Origin: Lingula anatina
Lineage: Eukaryota > Animalia > Brachiopoda
Reading direction: 5' to 3'
DNA length: 64,000 nucleotides
NCBI GenBank assembly: GCA_051362555.1
Contig: CM120641.1
Location: 33,238,401-33,302,400 of the forward strand
Below, piece by piece: positions 28,356-39,497 of the stretch (its first letter is position 1; every line of letters starts with the position of its first letter). A model generated the notes under the pieces. That model saw only the letters and a program-made list of their open reading frames with translations. It was not told the DNA's origin and ran no database searches. The position numbers and the translations under genes are program-made.

Positions 28356-31300
28356 TCACTGCTTTGTGAAATCTTTATCAAGGTCAGCCCTTGTTCTCTG
28401 AATGTTGTATCTGTTTCTCTTTAGCCTGTCTTCAACAGAACTCTGCTCAGCATGTTTGGTCATCATGGGGCTAGAACAAAATGAGGCAAAACATTTACTC
28501 AACATTCACCCAACATAAAAATTCCAAGATAAAAACAATGTTCAACTTACTGAAAGGCACCTGGGCTCCAGTTGTCTAACAAGGCAAAATCATTTGGCTA
28601 TATGATTGCATCCATTTCTTGCTTGACTGCCAGCCTTTTTAGGCACTGGCCCCGAAGGAAAAATCATTTTGAACAATCACAACATGCATATTTTCTTGCT
28701 GTGGTGCAATGTGACCATATCAAAGGGAGGGGAAGGGGTGAATTGCATTGAAAACTAGTCTCTATAGTTGAAACAAGTTCTTTCGAGTTTTGGGGTCCTG
28801 AAGGTTTCATTCAGGATTGCAAAATAAGAAATCTTGATTAAACATTGTAACATTTGAAATCCACATACTTGAGAAAATTATCCCCATCGCCATGCTTGAT
28901 CCTGGTTTCTTCTTCTTTCTTTTCTTCTTCCCTGTAGCGTTTCACATTTTTGCTCCTTTGTTCTTCACGCCATTGTGCATTTTCCATCATTTCCTGGCGT
29001 CTGCGTTCTAATTCATTTGAACTAAGTTTTCTGTAAACAAGCAATAATTTTTTAATAGAAACTATCTTGTAAAATCATAAAAAAATTCAACCTTGAAGGT
29101 AACTAGCAAAAGCTCAAGTGGTAGAAATTAAAGGAGCATGTACAACTTTCCATTATAACACCTCTTTCGAACAATGAAAACCAAATGAGTTACAGGCACT
29201 TAGTGTGACCTAGTGATATAATTGGTTCTCTGAATACTACGTTGACTCACATACGTCTTAAAATCAGCAAAGCTTGATGCCACAGGACATCGGTGGGTAG
29301 CTGCTCTTTGCAATTATGACTTTGTAATAAAGTATAGAACCAGCAAGAAAAATGCAGATGTCAATAGACTGTCCAGAATGCCGAGAGTTCCAGCAGGTGA
29401 GTTCAAAAAAATTTCAACAGAAGTGGTTAAGGCCATATGCCAGAAAGTAGACACAGAGTATGTTGAAACCCTCAGCATGTTACAGCATGTGTTAAATGAC
29501 ACTGACGTCATGAATGATAATATGACACCCGTAGACTGGAGAAAAGAAGGTGAGCGTTTTTCTAAGGGCTGTAACCAACAAACAAAAAACCAAATCCTGA
29601 ATTTAGATGATAAGGGAGTGTCACTCTTGGAATGGAATTTTCTCGATTGGTTGTGAAACGTGGTGCACTCTACAGGAAAGCTGAAATTAAAGGTGAGCAA
29701 ATTTTCCAATTAGTACTACCAAAATCTTTTAGAGAAAAAGCACTGCACGGCGTACATAACGACATGGGACACCTAGGAAAAGACAGACGCCAAGCTTTAC
29801 TGAGAGAGAGATTCTACTGGCCAGGTATGTGTAAGGATCTTGAGCAGTGGATATCTTTGTGCGACAGATGTTTAAAAAGGAAATCATCAACAAACGTGCG
29901 AGCGCCTCTGGTGAAAATTGAGACATTTCAACCACTCGCACTGGTATGTATGGATTATCTGACGTTAGGAATGTCCAAAGGTGGTTTTCAACATATATTA
30001 GTCATTACAGATCATTTTACTAAGTATGCAGTTGCAATTCCTACTAAAAATCAGACAGCAAAAACTACTGCAGAAGCTTTCATGAACGGATTTGTTTATC
30101 ACTACGGTTTCCCGCAAAGATTACATAGTGATCAGGGTACAAATTTTGAAAGTAGTCTGATAAAAGAAATGTGCAAGTTGTGTGGCATAGAGAAATCCAG
30201 AACCACAAGTTGCCATCCTATGGGGAATGGAATCACCGAGAGATTCAACAGAAATCTGCTTGATATGTTAGGTACCTTAGAGATTGATGAAAAGAGTGAT
30301 TGGAAATCACATGTTACTTCTCTTGTTCATGCGTATAACTGCACTGTGCATGATACAACTGGGTTTTCCCTTTACTGTCTGATGTTTGGGAGACCACCAA
30401 GACTAGCTGTGGATGTGGTGTTCGGTTTAGTATCGGGTCAGTACTCGGATACTAATCAATCTGTATATATTTTTAACTTGAAGAAGCATCTAGAAAAATC
30501 ATATGAACTGGCAACAAGAAAAACGAGACAGGCACAAGAACATCAAAAGGTACTGTATGATAAACGTATAAGAGGATCCGTTTTGGAAGTTGGGGACAGG
30601 CTCTTTATAAAAATGGTGGCATACAAAGGTAAGCACAAAATTGCAGATAAATGGGAAAACGAACCATACATTGTTTTATCTCAACCAAATAGTGAAATCC
30701 CTGTGTATGTTATTCAGAAAGAAAATTAAAAAAATGAAAAACGTGTGTTACACAGAAATTTATTAATTTCTGAGCTTCCTATATCAAATGCGAAAAAGAC
30801 CCGAACCTAGAAAAAGAACTTCCAAGCCAGACACAAATAAAACGGTAGATGCAGACTGTTCATCAAAGTCCGATACAGAAAGTGGAGACAGTACAAGTGA
30901 TGGTGAAGATATAGTTTTTCCTCTCCTCGAGGAGGGAGAAGGTAATGAAACAGATGACGTGAGAGAAGTATCTTCAGAGAGTAGCGAAGCTAGTGATGTT
31001 CAAATGCCAGAGTATATCACTGTTGACCGACCAACTCCTGCTCCACGGAGTGCTAGACAGTAGAAAGGAGAAGGACACCATATTTGGGCAGTGATCAAAC
31101 CTACATCATACCAAGGATGACTCCTTTCAGACTGAAGTATTTGCAAATGTAATTTTTTTTTTACCAGAAAGTTCATTGTCAATTTAATTATGTGCCCATC
31201 CTCCTTAACCTTAGAAAACAGACTACTCACTTTCTTGGTGCCTCTCTCTTTTCTGGTGATCGTGGTTTTCCTTTCCTAACAGGTGATCTGCTCCTTGATC

Positions 31301-33941
31301 TTTCTCTCCTAACAGGGGACCTTGACCTTTTTCTCTTTGGTGATCTCCCAGATGTTCTCACTGGTGACCTAGACCTTGATTTTCGGTCTTTTCTTGAGTG
31401 CAGTTCTTTTTTATGTCTTTCTTTATCAGGTGATTTGTGTCTGCCTTTCTGTAAGATATATTACAATGAAACCATCGAGCCCAATTATAAATGTAAGAAC
31501 TTCTGACTGTGGAAAGACAAAGATACGAATAATCTAACGTAAATATGCAGTAACATAAATATTTCTTGAAATTGTTCACTTATGGAACTTTTGAAGCGGT
31601 CAAAAACTGGAATAAGTTAGCAAAATAAAAATATTTTTCTGAAATACAAACAGAACACGTTTTCATAACTTTACAAGTGATGCAAATGCTTAATCAGAGA
31701 TTTCAGAAGAACCCACAACGTACAAAGAGTCCATAGTTCTTCCCTCTTCCGGACATTTCTTCTTCACTGCTATAGCCGTCTCTGTGACGTTGTCTTGTAT
31801 CCTCTTCTGAATGTTTTTTTCTCTGTTCACTAACTTTAGGACCACCTTCATGCTGAGGTTTTCTTTTGTCCTTACTATCATTTTTATGTCTGTTGTCACT
31901 TTTAATTTTTTCCTTGCGATTTAAAATGTCTAAGTAAGTTGAGACTAAGTCATCATCACTTTCACTTGTGTCTGAGCCAGATCTGGACTTGTGTTTTTTC
32001 TTTTTCTTTTCTTTCTTTTTCTTCTTTTTATCTTTCTTTTGGGATTCAACCTGTAAAAAGAGAGAGGTACCGATACCTTAACTATCAACAAAAAGTATCA
32101 GACTAAACATTTTCCACTACACACAGGGGCTGATCCAGAGCTATTTATTGACAGTCTTCCAAATTATCTTTGTTGATTCATCCTCCAATTTTGATTGTCT
32201 TCCAACAGGAAAAATTGGATACCCTTCAATGTAAACTTGAAAATGTGACCGTCTTCCGGAGGACCCAGAAGACGGCCTAAATCCGCCCCTGACACAACAA
32301 AAAGGTGCTTACTCCTGTAATATGTTAACTATTGGAATTCTTTAGATGAACTTCAACATGAAGATGAAGTCATAACTTTTGAAAATTCTTAAAACCAAAT
32401 ACATACCATCTTTTGCAATTGTTTCATCTTGACAGGATTTTCAATAATTCTTTTCCTCTGTTCCTCTTCTTTTTTTCTACAAACAAATAAAATGTAAAAA
32501 GAAAGTTACAGTCTACTTTTTCAAAGCCATGGTGCTCTGAAAGTAACTTGCAATAAAAATGCTAGCAAAAAAGGTTTACATCCATTTATTTTCTCTTTTT
32601 TGTTATCTTTCATATTTATAATGTACAATTTGGTAAAATTACTAAATCTACCTTTATCTTAGCCAATTTAAGTAAGAAGAAAAGACTGGTATGAAAATCT
32701 GTTCAGTCAAAGGGACTGGCAACAACTTTAAGAAGAGCCCATGTAGAATTTACAGTCAGTGTGGCAAAAAGTCCCTCAGGCCAGCAAAATTTTTTCATAA
32801 CTGTAGGACAAATGTCTGACTGTTTTACACAGTTTTCAGCATGCTTGTGTGTGTGAGTGAGTGAGTGAGTGAATGAGTGAGTGAAAGGTGAGAATACAAA
32901 GTGGAGTATATTACCTTATGGCAAAGAGAGGATCTTCCCTCATTTTAGCTTGCATGTCAATCTGTATGTTATGTGCTGCTGCCTCCTCAAACAGGGCTCC
33001 AACACTGTCTGGAAATAAGAACAAATATTTCAATATTCACTTGCTCAGAAGTAAATCTAGCTTTTGAAGTTAAAAATAAAGAATCTGCAACCATTTTCTT
33101 CAATAATTCATGTTAACTATCAATATTTCTCTCAATAAACTCAAAAATGTAACATCTTTAGGTTGCACACAAAACTGTGGTGAATGTGCGTGTATACACA
33201 TTTTTGTTGTTGTTGTTCATAATAATCATTTTCATTTTGAATCTTGTCCAAAAAGCTCAAACACAAAGAATAGAAAATGAACATATCTGAGAGAAAAATG
33301 TCAGTAGTCAATACCATAGATCAATAACTTCATAAACGAAGACTTATTCTGATGGACCTACAATTTAATTACAACATACCATTCTTTGCTTCTTCTTTCT
33401 CCTTATCAATATTATCAATTCTTTTTCCAAGGAGGTATTCTTCTGATTTTGGTTTACCATCTGAGTACATCCAGTCAATTTTCTTGTCCGATTTTCTTAC
33501 AGAAGAAAATTAAAACAATATTAAAACATATACATCACAAAGTCATATGCAACTTGTAAGAAAGTTCAGATATAACAGACAACTGAACAAGACCTAAAAT
33601 ATAGATAAAGCCACATGATATAATAAAACTGATTACAAGATGAAACAACCCGTCTGAAAATAGATACTTTTTTTATAAGTGCTTTAGCATATGTGCTATC
33701 ATTTTTTCCTTCTTTCAATTTTAATTAAAATGTGTCTAAAAAATACCACTCTATAAAAAAAATACCACTTTGTTTACATAATATCAACAACTAGACATAC
33801 TTACAAACTTTCAATGGGCAAAATAATCTTTTAAACTGCACACAATGGCAGTCAAGCTACTTACTCATCATTCTTCAGCAAATCTTTAATTTTTCTCAAC
33901 TCATCTTCAGACAGTTTTTTCCCCTTCAGTAATTTTTCCAT
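28356..33941 (-). CDS. CWC25: Pre-mRNA splicing factor CWC25-family protein with an atypical N-terminus
   Basis: KKIDWMYSDGKPKSEEYLLGKRID, AKMREDPLFAI, NPVKMKQLQ, Lys-rich and RS-rich middle, ELERRRQEMMENAQWREEQRSKNVKRY, SVEDRLKRNRYNIQRT...DKDFTKQ*. Predicted first coding exon 33865-33941 (MEKLLKGKKLSEDELRKIKDLLKND) joins in frame at phase 2. Confidence 0.85.
29246..31063 (+). mobile_element. Degenerate Ty3/Gypsy LTR retrotransposon pol fragment (RNase H end, HHCC zinc finger, DDE integrase) in a CWC25 intron
   Basis: LTYVLKSAKLDATGHRWVAALCNYDFVIKYR; HNDMGHLG...RERFYWPGM...CDRC; LVCMDYL, ITDHFTKY, LHSDQGTNFES, GNGITERFNR. Frameshift near 29630, stop at 30727, no LTRs seen. Antisense to the host gene. 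Confidence 0.93.
32124..32291. mobile_element. MITE (family B) with CAGGGGC..ATCC termini and 5-bp TSD ACACA
   Basis: acaca|caggggctgatcc ... aaatccgcccctg|acaca. A related fragment lies near 4410. Confidence 0.75.
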
Positions 33942-34367
33942 GGTAAATATAGAAAAAAATTGCAGTGCTGTCAAACTTGGCAGTCTTTGTACCTGAAAAC
34001 AAGCAAGCCTGAGTTAGCTGTGCAAATCGATCTACACTACAGTAGTACAGTTGCACTACAGACACGTAAACATCAACTTTCAATTTAATTTCTTTTGCAA
34101 TTTTAATTTATCAATATCTCAATCATCATGACGCAAAATTAACGAAGCGAAAGTGTTACTGTAAGCAGCCACTAGTACATCAGCACAAGGGCGGTTTTGA
34201 CAAAAGGAGGAGTGACGTGCAGTAGTAGGGAATGGGGAGAAAGGATTTTAGTAATACTATAGTAGACAAATGCAGTTGTGCCGCGGTAGTAACTTCACTA
34301 ATTGTTTGTGAAATAGGGATCTGCTTAATTATTAAACGTTCTTCATACGAAATCGTTACTCACTTAC

Positions 34368-34609
34368 TGCAATTGTTTTCGATTCTAACCGACCACAAAC
34401 TTAAATAGCAGAGTACTGCGCTTTATATCTACTTTTTCTTTCCTCGTACTTCGTTCTTCAAACAACGTGCACCGCTAAACGTCATCAATTGTGTACACGA
34501 AAATCCATGACGTATCACACACCTGTCTCAAGGTAGTAGACGGCGGACACGTTGCACCATACTTTGAAATATTTATTATACTAGGCAGAGATTTACGCAT
34601 TTTAGCAAT
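34368..34609. promoter_or_regulatory. Head-to-head promoter and 5' UTR region of CWC25 and DAP1
   Basis: CpG-richer segment with a minus-strand donor near 34367 (CWC25 5' UTR exon) and the DAP1 ATG at 34610. Confidence 0.5.
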
Positions 34610-36627
34610 ATGTCATCACAAGAAGATCTTAAAGCAGGCCATGCCCCAGCAGGTGATATAAAATGTTTCTAATGACAAGTATTTGTTGACTGCTGTTAGT
34701 TTTTTTGTCAATGTTTCATTCATATTTACACTGTCCTTGGTTGACTTTTCGGCTAAGGGTCTACGACCAATTTTAGAACGGCTTAGCACGAGCGCTCAGC
34801 AGCAAAGCCTTTCCACCATATGTTACCGTTATAAACTCATGAAATCCACCCGCTTTTCTTTAAGAGGCCTTGTTTTCAGTCCTGTTAACCAGTTTTATTT
34901 ATTTATTATTATTATTATTATTATTTATATGCGAAATTATTGTCCATAGATGATATATTTAAATTGAAAATGAAAAAGAATAGAATATGCACAAAAGTTA
35001 ACAAACAAAACAGCAGCCAATAAGATGTAGAAGGCTTAGATTGGCCTTAAGATAAATATAAATATAAATGCAATCCTGAACCTTCACAGCATTTGTTTTA
35101 TGTTATAAATTTCAGTACTAGTGAATTGAAGATAAACTGATATAATGTTGTCACAAGCTGTATCGCATTTTCCTGCACAAACATGAATATTCCATTTGTC
35201 GGCATCACTTCCTATCAGCTGGCTTATATTGTTTATTATCTTATAGTAAAAGCTGGTGGTATGCGTATTACACAACACAAGAGCCCTGCTGCCTCTGGTG
35301 CCACACCAGAGAAAAAATCTGAGGAAATAGCTGCTGAAGAGGAAGAATATGGAAGGTAGATTTCACCATAATGTGGAGAATTTGTTGTTCAGGACTTCTT
35401 AGAGTTCATTTTATTCATGGAAGTCTAGGAAATCTAGAAAGAATTCGTGGCACTTAAATGTTATTAGCTTGTGATATATGCATTTGTGCATAATCATTTA
35501 CAGTCAATTGGTATAATGTTTTAGGGAATTAGGAGTCAAGTTCTAACACTAAATTTTTTATTTTGTTTTAGCGAACCTAAAACTGATAAACATCATCAAC
35601 AGGTATTGGTGTCAGGAGCTGTAACAAAGGTATGAGTGCTCGCTATCCAAATGAATCAGTATATTGTTGAGGAATTTAAAAAAAATTTTTGTTTTTTTAT
35701 GTAGACTTGGAACAGTTTAAATGAAAATGTATCGATTTGCAAATCTGCCTATAAAACTAAATTACAATTACTATGAATGGTAAAGTTATCAGTTTAATCC
35801 CAATAACATCACAGGCAGTGTTAATCTTATACCCCATTTCCATAGATTTTTAGATCGATCTATCCCTGTGGGGAGTCTCACTAGATTACTGTCAGCTTGG
35901 CCGACTTAAAGGGATAATAACTCTTCGTATGAGATCTATATTTCACAATAAAAACCTTGTGAATAACTCATAGAAATATAATATATTCTGTTTTACCACA
36001 AAAACAGCAGTTATAGCTTTTATTCTGATATTTGAACTTGTCTTTAGACCACGTGACCTCCACTGATGTCTATACTCTGTTAAAATCTCTTAAGAGATTT
36101 TAACAAAAAACCAAACTTTTTAGAAAAAAAACAGGGACTAACTTTGAATGTAAAAATGGATTCATTAACCATTGGTAAGTATGGGAAAATTGTTGTTTAC
36201 TCCAGGAAAATTCATTTTTTGGCCGAAACGAAGAGTTATTATTGCTTTAAGCGTCTGTCCCGCCTACTAAAAGCTGTAAGGGTGTAATTAACTATGGTGT
36301 CCGCTCGGCTGACTGCAATTTAGCCTGAACCCCCAGGGAGTTAGGTCGATCTAAAACTTAATCTTAAGATCGATCTAAATCTCTGGGAAAGCACCCATAA
36401 TGATAATTCAAGTGGCAAAGGAATTCCTACAGTATGCTTAAGTAAACATAAAAGGAATTAAACTTTTAAAAAATCTTTCATTGAAACGTTTTAAATATTT
36501 GTTTCAGGGTGATAAAGATTTCACTACTGAAGCTGTGAAGGCCATCCATGAGAAACCACGCCCTGCAAAGGATGCACGACCAAACCACCCCCATGTCCAC
36601 AACATCAACCAGCCAAGGAAAATGTAG
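34610..36627 (+). CDS. DAP1: Death-associated protein 1 (DAP/DAPL1 family), 4 exons
   Basis: Exons 34610-34652, 35247-35355, 35572-35629 and 36508-36627 splice in frame to MSSQEDLKAGHAPAVKAGGMRITQHK...VSGAVTKGDKDFTTEAVKAIHEKPRP...NINQPRKM*. Missed by the ORF track because the exons are short. Confidence 0.92.
35830..36397 (+). mobile_element. MITE family A copy 2, split by a nested element, in DAP1 intron 3
   Basis: Both halves match 59420-59634 colinearly on either side of 35910-36246. Confidence 0.8.
35910..36246. mobile_element. 337-bp Kolobok-like non-autonomous element with TTAA TSD
   Basis: TTAA|AGGGATAATAACTCTTCGT ... ACGAAGAGTTATTATTGCT|TTAA, TIR 17/19 matched. Sister MITE copies have a single TTAA at this site. 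Confidence 0.8.
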
Positions 36628-39497
36628 TCATCTGGGTGCTGTACACTATATGTAACTGGAATCATGATGTAGGACAAAAAATTGAAACAGAAAGGATGCC
36701 ATATATGACCAGCTGAATAACTGATCATCACTCGAACTTGTATTTTTATGAAGACTAAAAGTGCTCAGGGTCAAGTGCAAGACCTGGTCATAACAGTAGT
36801 GCGTTAAGTTTGAAGAAAATATATTAATTGCTTATGATTTTCTTTTGATTTAAGTAAATGAAAATACAAATTTAATGAGGGGTCTTTCTGTGGTAAAGAT
36901 GGCATTTTTCACAGATTTACTCCATGATAAATCTATAAAATTTATCCAGTTAAATGAGCTTTTTCCACAATATTTTATTTTCTTTAGAATGTTTAGTATG
37001 AGCAGTTTATGTTTGCTTATGTCATTTTAAAAGAGGATGTTTTTGAGAGTTCTTATCTTATAACTACTGTGTTTGAACTACTGTTGGAATTTTGGAGATG
37101 ATGAAATTTATGTAAAACATATTTGTTGAGGATAATAAGAATGTATATGTGGAATTGTGCAAGTGATATTTAAAGGTGTTTTTCATATACACTCACATGC
37201 TAAAGTTGTTAGCAAGTGATGTTTTCACACTCGCTTATTTTCGTCTACCGAATGCAAATTGACCGTGAAATGACAGCATTTCCAAGTGTACAGGTAAATG
37301 GTGTGGACATGTTTTTTATTTTCCCTTTCATACAGTTTAGTATGTACTTAATTCATTTCTTCATAAAGTTTTTGAATTGTGTCACTTTTTCAAAAACCAT
37401 GGTAAGGTTTGATACGTAACACAACAAATAAGGGGAAACTATATCCAATGCTTAAAATCATATTAAAACTAGATTTACTCCAAGGTCAAGTTGCTATCCT
37501 GATTTTGAATTAAGATTTGTCAAACAAACATTGCGTATAAAGGAAATGATTATTGGTATAACATGATCTGGGACCCATCAGTAAGTTTGTGTTAGATACA
37601 AGATATTTGATGTAGCACTATAAGATAATGTTACCGTAGGCACGCGTACTAGTACAACTATACGCTCTTTCGAGTATAGGTCGACTTTTGACCATTACAA
37701 ATTTGAATTTGTTTTCGAAGAACTAGAACCCGTTTTATGGTTATATTCCTATGTTGAGGAACGTTGCCTTTAACGGGAAATTTCGATAATTACTTTATTT
37801 ATATTTCACACATGTATTACATGTATAAAAAAATTCCATACGACCATTCTTGAAATCGAAGGCGCAGAAGCTTGGTTGAAACAGTTAACTTTTGAATTAT
37901 GTGAAAGTTTCTGATGTCTACGGTGTGTAAATCAGGGAAACAAATAACTAGTTAAGTATGTTTTTCGTTGTACACTATGATCGCCTGGCACTTTTTCAAT
38001 AAAATATGGCGACACTGGAGAGTTTGTGTTTTACTCTGCGCGTTTGGTTCCTGATGTATGATCACATATACACTCATTCTCAGTATAAAGGTCCATTTAA
38101 TATTTTTTATTTTATTAAAAGTGAACGAGCTAAAGAATTGTTTGTTCAAGCGGACTTCTACTTACATCAGTCTATAGTAACTTCAATAATTATTAACAGA
38201 TTTATCTGTTCTCGCACAAAAAAATAAACGTCACTTTGTTACCGTCACTCGCAACACCATTTTACATTCTCCGATTATTTTTTACTTTTGATTATTTATT
38301 TGTTTGTTTTACTATAGTAGAAAATCTACAACGTGTCAGGAAGCGAGTCTGACCTCTCAAAAAATGTCAGTGGCAGTGGGAATCTGTGTTCAGATTGACT
38401 GCATCGAAAGCATCGCGTATTGCGAATAGCGATATCACATAGAGGCTATAAGGTATTATATGGGGCGAGTATGGGCGAGTTATGGAATCGAGACACTCTC
38501 GTGGTCGCAATGCGCGATGCTTTCGAGTTACGGGACCCAGGGATTCTTTCTACCAGAGGCCAGCTGAGTGTTGACGTCAATCCTATGCAAAATTTCTCGC
38601 CCGACAAAAAAGTGCGAGGAATTAACCAGAGAAATATCTGTGAAAAATCAAACTGTACGTGGCCCTGGTAGAGTCCTGTTACATTTCCCCCGGCCCATAA
38701 TAATCTTGTCCTTATCTTACAAGCCTGGTTTTGAGAGATTATTTCTAAAAAAGGTAAAAAAAAGTAGACACAATTTTAATTTATTTCATTTCATCAATGT
38801 CATTGTCAGTTTCACAAAATGACCGAATAGCCCGCACACGAACCATTAGCGGGAATCGTGATTCTATAAACTGATACCAACTGAATGACAAAGCAGATTT
38901 AATTCTAAATGAACATATAGATTTCTAGCATAATAGACAAGGATATTATCTTTTTTAACTTGAACACTGTGAAAGTGCTGGGTACGATTATGAAACGTCT
39001 TTATTGATGCATATTGCAGTGCCGAGAAGAACGGCATCTGTGACGTGACGACCACAGGGTGCACAGAGTTGACAGTGACAGGATTTCATTAGTCATAAAA
39101 CCACAGCTAGAGATTTAGGCTCTGTCGCAGCCGTGTGAATTTTTGCACGTCCGCAGTGTCCTCAGCAGGGTAAGGTTGCTGTGTTGCATTACCACACCCC
39201 GCGACTGACAAGGAACGCGCAGAAGGCCTCCATCATGGAAGCGCGCACACACCATCCACCACCTCGCGCACCCTGTGGCGGAGGATAAAGGTACACCAAT
39301 GATGTGGAGTCGAGTGCAGGGTATTGATGACGAAAGACGGCGGGCGGGCAGGAATGTCTGGATCATCGTAAGAGGTGTCGAAGGAAAGTTGGGAGACAAT
39401 GTCCACATCTCCCGGTCATGCTGTACACTGAGGTCGGCAGCCAAGAGATTGGCGCGGTCACAAACATGGTACTCGGACGATTATCTAATGCCGAAAC

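Noticed and set aside
31202-31214. U12 branch-like TCCTTAAC followed by AG
   Set aside because: On the strand opposite the host gene, with no matching U12 donor noticed; likely chance.
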